Assembly: GCA_013239625.1 (NCBI GenBank)
Contig: MU054001.1
Span: 933,884 to 997,883, forward strand
Length of the DNA: 64,000 bases
Source: Lama guanicoe
Lineage: Eukaryota
Reading direction: 5' to 3'
Positions 23,406 through 35,401 of the stretch are shown here, in pieces. Position numbers and translations under genes: made by a program. The notes below the pieces were generated by a model that was given only the letters and a program-made list of their open reading frames with translations, was not told the origin of the DNA and ran no database searches. Position 1 is the first letter of the stretch, and the number at the start of each line of letters is the position of its first letter.

Positions 23406-23784
23406 TGAATGCCACTTTTTCTCCAGCACGACTGATCCACTCACACCAGTATCTTCCGGGTTCTGCCCCAGTACGCCTTCCAAAACAACCTCTGTGAGCC
23501 AACAGTCAGCAAAGGGTTCCTCTCTAGTGCTCAGTCCGATCAAGGACTGATGGAGGTACATCCGAGGACAGAGCATCACGAATCTGCCCAGAAGGCCATG
23601 GGGGTGCTGACTCGTGGTCCCCTGAGAAAGCAGAGGCTTTAGGTGACTGTTTTCCTCACAGGCTGGACCCCAAAGAATCTTCAGGCCACTGTCACCTGCC
23701 CATCTGTGGGGGAACTAACCAAAAGTGCTGTTGACCACAGGGCGGGGGTCCACTTGGCCCCACCAAATTCCAGTGTAAGGATAG

Positions 23785-23975
23785 AAAGAATAGTCCTGTG
23801 GGCACTGACCCATGTGTTTCATAGATACCATCTCATTTCAGCCTCACAATGAGCCCGTGATGTAGATGTGATGCAACCTCAATTCACACATAAAGAAACT
23901 GGCACAGAGAGGCTGAGTCACTTGCCTGGGGAGGTAGGGCTGCACTTTAAGCCCATGCTCTTTCCCACCACGCAG
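23785..23975 (-). mobile_element. MIR SINE
   Basis: tctcatttcagcctcacaatgagcccgtgatgtag...aagaaactggcacagagaggctgagtcacttgcc. Confidence 0.8.
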
Positions 23976-24723
23976 TTCTCTCTGCCTAGGCCATTACTTT
24001 TGAAGGGGCCACATCTCACCACATCATGACAGCTTGGATTCAAGACCAAGATGCAAGTTCTGGAATCAGTGTCTAGCTATCATCTGTAAAATGGGACTGA
24101 TAACAAGGAGAGGCAGATCCAAGAGGCAAACCCTTATCTGCTGGTTCCAGAAACCATGATCTTTCCAACACGCCAAGCTCCTCTCGAGGAAGGCAGTGGC
24201 TGGTGGGGAGGGTGGCCAAGAGCTTTCTGATGGCTGTGTTTCCCTTAGGAAAGCTTAGGAGAACATTTCCAAAGGTTTGAAGCTAAAAGGCAGGTCTGGG
24301 GACCAGTGTAGCCTCTGCTCTTGACTCAAGAACACATCTCCAACACTACTGAGCCCAGGGCGGGCAGGAGCAGTTGCCTGAAGCTCTGAAGAAAACAGCA
24401 ATGTTCTTGAATTTTGATAAATCCGTCTACTTACTCACTTTTCTCCAGGTCCTCGGATGGAGCAGGTGTCCATGCACCAGCTTGTTAGATTCTTCCCAGA
24501 AAGAACACCTACCTACAGGGTCACCTATGAGGCAGAATAAATGCATATTCAGGGCATCAGTAAAGCAAGGTACTAACCACCCCCCTAAAAAACTAATTAG
24601 GCTTTGCTATTTGATTTTTTAATGAAAGTAGCTATCATGTGGGAAACTGGGCTTTCCTTGGACATGTTCAGTTCTTATTTTACATATGACAGAGGACACT
24701 AACTGTCATCAGTGTAGGGCCTC

Positions 24724-25115
24724 AGTATTACTTAGGGTCACATCAGCTGCTGTAACAAATAAACCCCCCAAATTATAATGGTTCGAACACAACAGAAAAT
24801 CATTGCTCACCAGTGGAGTCTGAAATGAGTGCTCCTGGTCAGTGTGTAGCCCTCCTCCAAACAGTGACTCGGGGTCCCAGGCTTTTGGTAGAGTGTGCTT
24901 TGTTGTAAGCAACACATGGCTCCCAGTGGTTACCATGCTCATTGGCATCAAGCATATGGGAGGTGTTCACGGCTGGGCTAAAAATGGTACCTATCTGCTC
25001 AAATTCCAGTGGCTAAAACTCAGTCACATGACACACCGAACAGCAGGCGAGACTGGGATATATAGTCTAGGAAGAGGACATAGGTTTGGCAAACAGCTGG
25101 CCAGCCTCTAAAACA
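24724..25115 (-). mobile_element. MaLR solo LTR (MLT1J-like)
   Basis: cagctgctgtaacaaataaacccccaaat...cagtgactcggggtcccaggct...aactcagtcacatgacacacc...gactgggatatatagtcta. Confidence 0.85.
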
Positions 25116-25359
25116 ATCTCCAGAGGTCTTAATCTGAGTCTAATGGAGCAGCTGGTTTATTCCCAACTCTAGGCAAGATGGCAGATGGGGAGAAGGGGCT
25201 AAAGTCTCCACCCCCTTGTACAGGATCCGGAAGAAGTAACTCTTCAATAAAGGATAAATGGCAAAAACTACACTAAATGTAATATACCAACCTAAGAAGA
25301 GGACAAACTACTATTATAAACTTACATTAGATGGAAAGGGATCCTCCACTTCAAAATCC

Positions 25360-25503
25360 TTTTTCATTTAATAAGTATTTGCTTGGCAATTACTACAAGA
25401 CAGACTTGGAGCTAGTGCTCAGGACTATAATGTTAAGCTGTCCTGGAGCTCATGTTTTTATGAGGGACACAGACAATAGTCAAATAATCGCATAGAGGTA
25501 TGA
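25360..25503 (-). mobile_element. L2 3' end, split by LTR33 and resuming at ~25965-26010
   Basis: ttcatttaataagtatttg...cctggagctcatgtttttatgagggacacagacaatagtcaaataatc. Confidence 0.65.
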
Positions 25504-25508
25504 TCTCC

Positions 25509-25959
25509 TGTCTTGGTTTGGGTTCTTCTGAAAGCAGCTCTAGAGACAGGGATTCAAATGGAGGTGATACTAGGAAGGTGATTCCAGGAAGCACAAGTTA
25601 TGGGAGTGGGGAATTGAGTCAAGGAGGGGAAGATAGCCGGCAAGGCATGCATCTTCCAGCCAAGTTCCACTGCGGCATCTGGAGATCATTCCCACTGGAG
25701 AGCTCTGGGCAGCCGTGTAGAATACACACCTCTGAGCGTTCCCACCAGAGGGGCAAGGAAGCTGGGGCATTTATCCACCAACTGTCATCAGCGTCAGGGG
25801 ATGCTAATTTCCTGGCACTTCCAGTCCCTTGTTCAAATGGGCAGAACAGACTCTTACAGCCAAAGAAGGGTGCAGATACTGGCAGTCAGGAGTTGGACCA
25901 TTAGCTTTCACTGACACAGGGCAAGGACTCTGGGCCAGGCACTGTCAGCATCGGCTACA
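25509..25959 (-). mobile_element. ERVL solo LTR (LTR33-like)
   Basis: TG...CA termini; tgtcttggtttgggttcttctgaaagcag...ggaggtgat...ccaggaagcac...gggagtggggaa; 5-bp TSD tctcc/tcacc. Confidence 0.85.
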
Positions 25960-26019
25960 TCACCCAGGTGCCACGAATAAGAAACACAGGGGCAATGAAA
26001 ATGATGATAAGACGATCAG

Positions 26020-26245
26020 GCGTAGCTGATGGGCTGGTGGGCTCTGGAGCCAGACTGCATGGCTTCCCATCCCCGGTCTTGCACATGGCAGCTACATGAC
26101 CATGGACAAGTCAACAGCCCCCTGCCTCAGTTTCCTCATCTGTAAAAGGGGCAAATGATAGTACCTGCCTCCTAGGGTGGCTGGGAAGATTAAATGGGAC
26201 AATTCTTTAGAGGAGCTCAGAAGAGCACCTGGCACCGCCCACGCC
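26020..26245 (+). mobile_element. MIR SINE
   Basis: gctctggagccagactgc...tgcctcagtttcctcatctgtaaaagggg...agtacctgcctc. Confidence 0.9.
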
Positions 26246-26899
26246 TGTGTGCCACAAAGTCAGTCCGACCTGGTATGTAGGTCCCCCCTCCACTCTCCCA
26301 AGCAGGTGGCTTCCTCTCCGAGTCAGCGTCACGCCACGGCAAATCAGGTGGCACTTTCAGCCTCTCCTCTGGAAACCAAACTTCCCATGACCCAGCCAGG
26401 CCGCCCCTCTGCACTCAGTTGATCCCGCCAGACACTCGATAGCCCATTTGGACGTGGCAGCATTTACTTCTCCGTTTGTTGGATTCTCGTTTCAGGCCAG
26501 TTCTGAGCGCCGGGCCACAGGGAGAACAATGTCCTCTCTGTTCCCCCCAGCCATTCATGTCGACTTTTGTTTCAGCCTAAAATAACACGAAGCCGGAGGG
26601 TATTTTCTTAACACCACCAAGCCCTGTGGAAAATGTGGCGGGTTGTGGCTGCTTGGGGTCCCCAGTTGATAACGACATCGTGATGTATAGGTGAACTCCT
26701 GCTCCTCCAGGGCCAGGGTGACCCTGGGATCAGGGCCACACTTATCTCCCAAGACATCTCGGAGTGTCTGGGATTCCATTTCACGACAGAGGCCCTGGGG
26801 GCTGAAATTATGTTATGTGCTTATGAGCAAAGTGGACCATTCCTGGTTGGGGCTGGAGTGGATTACGGCTGATCACTCGGCCTAAAGCGGGGACATCTG

Positions 26900-28620
26900 A
26901 GAATGTTGAAGAAAGGGAAGGGTTTCTGCAAACCCAAACAAACATAGACTTCAAGAGAAGGCTCGGGCACTAAACATTTTAAAAGGCCTGCCTGGGTGAA
27001 CACAGGTCCTGCCAAGAGTGGGCTCCCAGAGTCAAAATCTCTTCGAAATTTCTCACCAACCTGCTGGGAACGGCTCTCAGCACACCCCTTAGCAGCTTCA
27101 TAAATCACACACCGGCAGCTTTATGCCAAAAGGTGCTATTAAAAAAAATTAAAAATTGACTTGTCCAAAGGGCCTTAAAAAAAAAAAGGTCCCAAACCCA
27201 CCACTTTCTTTATTAAAGTTCACAGAAAATAAATATCAAATTTCTTTCAGCCTGAATTTTCTCTCCAACCATAATCATAGAAACTAGAGATGGAGAGGAA
27301 AAAAAGTGGGAGGACCCTTTGGGGTAACTTTTTCCATAATTTGTGCAGTAAAATTTGTTGCCACAGTCTTTACAAATTCACTTTCCCATCTGCTCTAGAG
27401 AAAGCAAACAGAACCCCAGCAACCACTGATTGAGAGCAATCCCGATTCTAGAAATTTCTAAAAGCGCTGCCGAAAAAGAGCCCCCAAAATGGAAGAAAAG
27501 CTGCCCTTTAATTACAGACACGCTTTCTATTTTGTTCAGTCCAGTCATGAAATGGAATTGAACTTCCTTTCTGATTCATTCTTCAAAACCTCAATGTCGA
27601 TTTTATCAGAAACAGATCTGACGCCCTCGTGGTGCTCGCTGGGTCAATCTCAATTCTGGATCCGCATCTTCATTAAAGCCCGTCTGTTTGGTTTGCTTAG
27701 GGAGAAATCATAACAGATCAGGTTTGATTGCCTCTCTGTTCATGGGGAAAAAAAAAATGTACTGACCTTTCCCTCGCCTTATTAGGGCAGCTAGACGTGA
27801 CAAAAGTCACAAAACACAATATTTTCTTTAAAGGGTCCCAAACCTCCAACGGAAGCTCACAGCATTGAAACTCACAGCCGGGCTTCCCTGTTTTCCGGAT
27901 CAACAGAGCCCTGGCCACTGGGATGTGTGGGAGAGTCACTGGCTGCCACCAATGTTTGCTCCTTGCCGTTGAAGATCCTTAGGTGATGGCAGATGTCTCC
28001 AAAAGCTGGAAGAAACAACCCAAGTCCCTTCCCCGCCACCCCCTGGACCTCAGCATTGATGCCTCCTTTTCTCACTAACCTTAACTAAGCCACTTAAAAA
28101 GAAAGTGGAGGGGGGCATGGGGGAAATCTTTATAGATCGCCATCAAAACCTGACCACAAATGGTTCCAATTTGCCGCAGTGATTAAATCTATGTGAGTTT
28201 AAGGGTTTTCATTCAGGTCATTTGCTACTTTGGAATTTTGCTGCATGCCTTGCTAAGAAAACCAACTTATGAGTCACCGGCAAACCTGAAGAAGGAAGAA
28301 GGTTACTAAACAAACTCCAAGCGGAGCTTAAGTGGATATAGAAAATAAAGACTCCGAATTCTAAATCTGGATCTGAGAAGAGTGTAGAAGGGATTAGAGC
28401 CGCCTTTGTGCCTGGTGGGGCGGCCCGAAGCCGGCTCGCCTTTTCAGAGCCAGCAGCCTGGGATCAAAGTAACAGCCACCAGTTTGTCAATATGCTAAGC
28501 TGGGTGTTTACACAAAAGCGTCAGCGCGCGCTTTCCACCACAAAGAGGCTCATACAGTCGAAGATTAATTACTTCCAAAACAGAGATTGTGGGTAAATAC
28601 CAAGGCCTAGCCTCCTCGGG
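26900..28620. promoter_or_regulatory. Candidate conserved non-coding enhancer block
   Basis: ~1.7 kb repeat-free; CATAAATCA (PBX-HOX TGATTTATG on minus) 27099-27107, TTTATG, TTAATTA, TGTTTAC (FOX) 28505-28511, GATTAATTAC. Confidence 0.5.
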
Positions 28621-29206
28621 GGTATTTGCTTGGCCCCAGGCTGAGATGTGCTGCCAAAGGCAGAGAGTTGGGGGCCAGCACTGAGGAGCTGCTGCAAGCC
28701 CATCTTCATCCCAGCACTTTTTTCTCACACACGTGGTTTCTTGGTATTTCACCTTCCATGAAGTACACAGGCTGAGTCCAGCTGGGCAAAAGCTTCACAT
28801 ACGACATCTCTCTTCTCCCCATCTTTCTCTCTGTCTTGCACTCTTCCACTGTGGGGTGAAATTTCTGAGTTGCTGTCTTCTCCCTTTCTCCTCCCTCCAC
28901 TACCAGCATGTCATTTTACAGGCTACCATGAAGAGAGGGGAAATTGATGGACTGCAGTGTCTTTGTGAAATGATCCCCACGAAGTCATTTAATTTAACCT
29001 CAGTGTCCTCCTCTGTAAAATGAGTATAAGAAATATGCTTGCCCCATCTACAAGCTTGACCTAGTTAGAAGATTTAAAGGAAAGAAAGGCCATCATAATA
29101 GAAAGCAATAAGGTAAAGGTGATGATGGCATATTTCTATACCAGCATTCTGATAGGACCTTGTTTTATCAGACATTAAAAACCTGCCTGGATATGAACTG
29201 CACAAA

Positions 29207-29210
<4 letters not shown>

Positions 29211-29242
<32 letters not shown>
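29211..29242. repeat. (CA)16 microsatellite
   Basis: Perfect CA run read directly. Confidence 0.97.
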
Positions 29243-29246
<4 letters not shown>

Positions 29247-30114
29247 TCACTCATTACATCAAAAGCCAAGGATAGTGTCCTCTGAGTGTGGTCCTCAGAC
29301 CACATACATTACAATCACTGGAAACATTTTTTCCTTCAGGCAGTTTCTCAAGAACCAAATTTCCAGTTCAGTGTTTGCTAAATGAGATACTTCCATCACT
29401 GGTGGTACAAGGATGGCCCTGGTAGTACAGGAGGGACTGTCCCTCATTTTTATAGCTGCGAATGGATTTTAAAGAGTATAAGAACAAACATGTCAGCACA
29501 AGCTTCGATGACTTCACAGAGGAGGTGAGTACAGAACTAGGCATATAAGAGAAAAACAAGAGTCATTTCAATGTATTACCTAAGTATCTGGCTGAGAAGG
29601 AGAAGACAATAGTAAAAATCACAAAAAGTTTCCACAGACATTTGAATCTGAAAACTTGCACTCTGGAGGTGAGAGAATCGGTATTTCTCAAATGTCCTCA
29701 GGCTGAGAACACAACCTTGAAGTCAACTTCAGGCTCAATAAGCAGGTGGTTTCTGTTCATTAATTCATTTGTTAAAAGGGAAAATGACTCAGCAAGGGGT
29801 GGGATGATGATATGAGATTCCATGGTGTGTCTGATAAACTGGGCCCTTAGGGGCTGCCCCCGGGACTCCCAGAGCTTCTGGCACTGAGGAGAACTTGCAT
29901 GGAGAATATTTTCGAAGGAAAAGGGCAGGTGCAAAAGAAGTCTTTCCCCAAAGCCTCAATGGGACCCCCACAGCTCTGCTCTTTTGGTCACCGATGCCAG
30001 TATGGACATTTGCTCAAAATCCTCCCTGGGGAAACCTAAGATCTCACAAGAAATCCTACAGTGTCAAAGGACTGAGGAAAAGACCCCACTCTGGGGTCTC
30101 AAAGAAACTTTACT

Positions 30115-30635
30115 TGCTGATTCATTCATTATTCAACAAATATTTACTGAGGACCCACTTTGCGCCAGGCACTGTTGTGGGCACAGAGGATCCTATGGAG
30201 AACAAAACCGATAAGGTCCCTGACTTCCAGAAACTCACAGTGGGGCCCACGGTGGAACATATGTAGGAAGCTCATGGAATGATGCAATAAGTTGGCAGAC
30301 AAACTTGTAAACCAGTTAATGGGCAATAATAACATCAACTGTGAAGGAAATAAAGAGGATGACATGATAGACGAGAGTACCTGGGGATGGACTTCCTTAG
30401 AGTGATAGCCAAAGAGCCGGGACAAGTGTTAGAGACAGAGGGAACAGCAAGAGCAAAGACCTGGAAGTGGGAAGAGCCAGACTATAATTGTGACAGAAGT
30501 CAGCAAGGGAAGGAGCCATGGAAGGAAATGGACAGGGTATTCAAGTACAGTGTAAAGCCACCATAGGCTCCATCTGGGAAAGGATGGGGTCAGATTAACA
30601 TTTTAGGATATCCATTCATCTGGCTGGATGGACGG
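30115..30635 (-). mobile_element. L2 3' region
   Basis: ttcattcattattcaacaaatatttactgagg...gccaggcactgttgtgggcac...agagggaacagcaagagcaaagacctgga. Confidence 0.85.
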
Positions 30636-30639
30636 CAGT

Positions 30640-30990
30640 TACACTCTGCCCCAGCCATGCTGGTCTCCTGGCTTTTTCCCAAATACCCCAAACATGATCT
30701 TGACTCAGAGACTTTGACCTCACTTTCTTCCTCTAGGAATGCTCCCATCCCAGACCTCCTTCAGGTCTACGCTTCAGTGTCTCTCCATACTGGAGAGGCC
30801 ATCCCTGATCACATGATCTATAAAATCACACTCTGTCCCCAAAGCTCCCTGTCCCCTATCCTGCTGTATTTGTCCCTGTAACTCTCAGCTATTACGCAAC
30901 ATCCACACATTGATGTGTTTGTCTCCCCCAGTTGAAGGTAAACATGCCTAGGATACAGTGGGTATTCAGTAAATATTTGTGGAATGCCTT
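30640..30990 (+). mobile_element. L2 3' region
   Basis: ctctgccccagccatgctggtctcctgg...ctctaggaatgctc...cagtaaatatttgtggaatg. Confidence 0.8.
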
Positions 30991-31484
30991 GAGTGGCCGA
31001 GTGGACCAGGTTGAACAATTAACCTCTCAGAACCCAAGTTTCTCCTCTTGTCTGTCTTCATAATACCCACTCTAAGGGTGGTTCCTAGTCATTCATCAGT
31101 TTACTCATGTATCACTCACTATTCAAGAGAGATTTATTGAGCATCTTCTCTATGCCAGGCACTGTGTTAAAATTAAATGAGATGATGAATCCAAGCAGCT
31201 AATGGAATAGATAATTTGTTAGACAATAGATCATGTGTCAAAAGTAATTGGGTACCTACTACGTGGTACATATATCACCTAGAGACGCACCCACATAAGA
31301 GGGCACCGTTACTCACGCAGCCAATATGGACTTTGGTTCCAAGGCCAGGTGGGAATCTTCAGTGTTGACCCAGCTGTACTGTTACACCCACTTGTCCCAC
31401 CGCCACATCCATTTTCCTCCTTCTCTGCCCTGTCCTCCATGAGGCTGACTCCAGGTGTTCATACTCACTGGCTCCCAACTGATC

Positions 31485-31756
31485 AAAAGTCTTGGAGGCT
31501 GGAAGTCTGAGATCAGGATGCCAGCATGGTCAGGTGAAGCCCCTCTCCCATGTTGCAGACTTCACATTGTAGCCTCATATGGCAGAAGGGGTAAGCAAGC
31601 TCCGTGGGGTCTCTTTCATAAGGGCACAAATCTTACTCATGAGGGCTCCACCCTCATGACCTACGCACCTCCCAAAGGCCCTACCTCCTAGTAACATTTG
31701 GAGTTAGGGTTTAAAAGTACGAATATTAAGGAGGACGTAGCACTCAAAACATAGCA
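31485..31756 (-). mobile_element. MaLR LTR (MLT1A-like), partial
   Basis: tggaggctggaagtctgagatcaggatgccagcatgg...ctttcataagggcac...catgagggctccaccctcatgacct...cctcccaaaggccc...catagca. Confidence 0.9.
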
Positions 31757-32229
31757 GTCAGATGTATTTTAAAAATCAGCTTATATAGGTATTGATAGAT
31801 ATATACCATATGTATGTATTATTTTATACCTACTCCCCACCCCTCCTTCCTAGAACTTAGAAATACCACCCTGGCTGTACTTTTGACATAACCCTGAAGA
31901 AATTACCCGCTCGCCTATGGCCCAGGCTTATAACTGTTCCCCCTTCCCCTCCCACCACCACTTCTGCCCCTATTATTCTATGGACCAGCATTAAGTGCAC
32001 TGTGTCCTACAGAGCTTCCTGGAGGTGTCTGCAGCTACCAGCACTCATGACCTCCTGTCCTCCACTCACGGCAATAGCTGTCCCACACCGGGGGATCAGA
32101 CTGGTCCCTTTCTTTCCAGCTTACAGATTGCACCTTGTCCTCAGGCATGGGGAGGAGGCTGCCATGGGTGGAACAAAAAGTAGACTTGCAAATCAAGCCA
32201 TCATCCCCCTGGAGGGTGAATGCTGGGTG

Positions 32230-32350
32230 CATTCATTTTCATCATTCATTCATTCATTCATTCAATGTTGGTATCAGGTCAAGAATATGCTGGGTGGACA
32301 GTGCCAGGCTTGGGGTCCTGCAATGAACTGGCCAGACAAGGACTGAGGCT
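32230..32350 (-). mobile_element. L2 3' tail with (TTCA)n
   Basis: cattcattttcatcattcattcattcattcattcaa...gtgccagg...gcaatgaactggccagacaag. Confidence 0.7.
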
Positions 32351-33989
32351 TTGAGAAGCTTTATTGGAGGAGGAGGGGAGAGAGAGAGAGATGTGCAGAT
32401 GCAAACCAGCAAACCAGTTTGCTGAGACCATATTTCTTGGCAGGAGGAACTGCCCGAAGGGAAACAGTATGTTCCCTCCACTCCAGGACACGCAAGAGAC
32501 CCAGGGGAAGTTCTGCAGAATCGGGAAGGCCCTGGGGTGGTATCTGAAGACCATCACCATCCAGCCAGATCTTCATCACCCAGTTGGCTGCTAATTGCTG
32601 GGCGTTGCTCCTGAGCGGGGTGGGTAGAGCTCAGAGCAATGACACTGCGGGAATGCAATTCACATGGTTAATTACAGGAGAATCGGCGTGTCGAGAAGTA
32701 GAGATACGTGTTGTTCAACAAGAGAAATGAGTTGTAGGTCCTCACTGGCATCCAGGAGCCAGTTCAAGGTTGCCCCACACCTCTCCCTTGATTTATCTCC
32801 CATTTCGATCATGTCCACAATTGCAAAACAGAAAAGGTGTTATCGCTCTCATCTGCCCATGGCATCTGATTAGAGATATGACTGAACAAATCAGTTTACT
32901 GAATGCAGCCCATGCCTGGAAGCTCACTTCTGGGTACAGGGTGCTACGTGGCAGGGCGTAGCCCGAAAGACTTACCAGGCAGCGATCAGGAGAGCAGATA
33001 AGAGGGTTGGTTCCAGTAGTCACAGTCTGTTCAGAAACTCCCCAGTGGTCACAGGTTCAGGGAAAATTCTTACCCTCCCACATAGGTTGGAGCGATGTCT
33101 CGGGTCACAGGTAGGGAGGAGAACTTGGAAAAAAAAAAACACACAAAAGGGGCTCAAGGGGAGCACACCTAGAACACTGGAGGCTGAAACCTATGCCAAG
33201 ATAAGAAACAGGAGTCCATGTGAAGCAGAAGCAAATCCAGGGGCCTAAACGATGGTCTGTGCTGGATCTCCATGGCCTCTGTAATTTAATTCCTGGAGCA
33301 GGTGAAATTTAAAAGGCCACAAAGTGGATAAAAAGATACAGTCTGGTGGGTTTCATAAAGCTGCTGGGTTTTTGATCCAAGGTACCGAAGGAGAGGAGGA
33401 AAGATGATATTGACTCAGCCACTGGAGGTTAAAAGTAAATACTGCCAGTGTAAATAATTAGGCTTTTAAAGAGAGCATTTCACACTGTTTCACGGGCACC
33501 CATGGGAGCTGGGGAGGGGAGGTTAGAATGGGCATAATTCGCTGAGGGCACCTTTCCCTTTTCCACTGCATCTGGAGGGGATGCTAAGAGGCACTAAGAA
33601 GAGAACGAAGAGAGTGGGTGGGGGTCCAAAGACTCCCTGACTTGTTGGCAGACTTGGGGTACCTTATACATAGGTGCATTTGTCTGACTTTTGCAGGGGG
33701 TTGTGACTTTCTTTCCTCCTAAGGTTTTGAAGAGCCCGTCTCTTAAGAGATGTAAAAATGAGGGATGCAGAATCAGGGAAAACAAGCAATTAGGTCCACA
33801 AAGGCTGGAACTCTTCCATTTCAGCTGCCACTCAATTCCGTGTAACACAAGCCTTGCACAGAGAAGATGCTCCATAAATATTGGGGTGAAGACAAAGAAA
33901 CCAACCAACCAATAGGCACCCACCCTGGTCTACCTGTCCCACAGCACCGTCAGTCAGCATCTCTCGGGCAGCTTCTAGGAGAAAAGCAC

Positions 33990-34175
33990 TTTTTATCCCT
34001 TAACCCATTCTATCCTCCCAGCGGTGCTACAATGTAGGAGTGGTTATCCCCATTTTTCAGATGAGGAAACCGGCCTTCAGGGAGGTGGAAGGGCTTACCC
34101 AGGCCACCCAGCTGGTTAGGAGCACCAGCCAGATTTGAACTCAGAGCCAGAAGAGGTTATAGTCCTCCAGAGCTG
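33990..34175 (-). mobile_element. MIR SINE
   Basis: ttatccccatttttcagatgaggaaaccgg...cttacccaggccacccagctggtt...gatttgaactcag. Confidence 0.85.
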
Positions 34176-35033
34176 AGGTAGAGGGCAGCTCCAGGTATCT
34201 TTTCAGAGGAAGGCTCCACAGAATGGTCCAGGCCCTCAGGAACATAGGCCCAGATGCCCAGCCTGTCAGACAGGACAGTGGCCACAGGCCTGGAGGAAAA
34301 GCCCACCTTCTCCATGTGACCTGCTGCTTTCTGGAGAAGGTAAATCCACTTCTCAAACTTTAATGTGTGTGGAAGCAACTCGGGGCACGGCTAAGGAGAT
34401 TGGAACATGCCACCGCTCTCCCAGCAGATGCTCCCAGGTGATCATGACGCCACAGATGATGCTGTAACATCCAATTAAAACCACAAAACAGACTGCAGAT
34501 CCCTGTGTCTGGTGCTGAGGACCACACTCTCCCATCACGTGGGCAGCTCTGAAGCCCAAACTTGAACTTCCTACCTGCCATCTTAACTGAGAAGCCCTAC
34601 GGAGACAGCAAGGCCAGGGGCTTGCTTTCGAACCAGACAGCAGTGAAGTGACCAAGACAGAATTTGGTGATTTTGCCTCTAAACGATGCGGAGCAACTTA
34701 CTAGGCTCTGCAGGATTCTCTGTGGCGATCGGACCTAGGACTTTTCTCTCTCCGCCCCCCTCGCAACACACTTAAACCAGGGCCTGCTGGTGGCTTGGGA
34801 GGTGGCCACTGAGTATAAATATATATGGAGCTGACAGAGCCAAGATGGGCAGGGTGTCCCCAGGAGGGTGGTGGTCTCACTGTCATTATCCAGGGCAAGG
34901 AGGCCATCCCAGCTCTGGCATCGACTGGATACATGCATTCTTCCTCCTGGACCAAGCTATGCCTCCATGGATGTCCAAACTGAGGGTCTGCAGAAAGAAC
35001 AGCTGACATACAGGTGAACATTTTTTACCTTGA

Positions 35034-35080
35034 GAGATAGATAGATATAGATAGATAGATCGAAAAATCGATCGATAGAT
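35034..35080. repeat. Imperfect (GATA)n repeat
   Basis: gagatagatagatatagatagatagatcgaaaaatcgatcgatagat. Confidence 0.8.
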
Positions 35081-35124
35081 TCTAGGGGATTTATTAATGT
35101 GACTTGGCGAAAATAATCAGCCTG

Positions 35125-35330
35125 GCCCATACTTGGCCCATGATTTGAGAAGCGGCCTGTTAGCATGACCTCGGGCAAGTGACTTAACCCACCTCTGTGT
35201 GCTTCAGCATCCTCTTATGCTAAACGGGGGGAAATAAATGTTGATATTGGCACGGTCAGTATATGTAAAGTGCTTACAGCAGTGGCGGGCGTATTATAAG
35301 CGTTCTCTGAGCCATACTTGTTATTACTGT
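35125..35330 (+). mobile_element. MIR SINE
   Basis: atgacctcgggcaagtgacttaaccc...atgtaaagtgcttacagcagtg. Confidence 0.8.
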
Positions 35331-35401
35331 TTCACAGATATTATTGCTTATACGAATGCTAAATTTACTTATGAAAAAACCATTTGAATATGTTCATATT
35401 T

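Noticed and set aside
25742..25756. CTCF-like CCACCAGAGGGGCA in LTR33
   Set aside because: One G too many relative to the CCASYAGRKGGC core; not supportable without ChIP data
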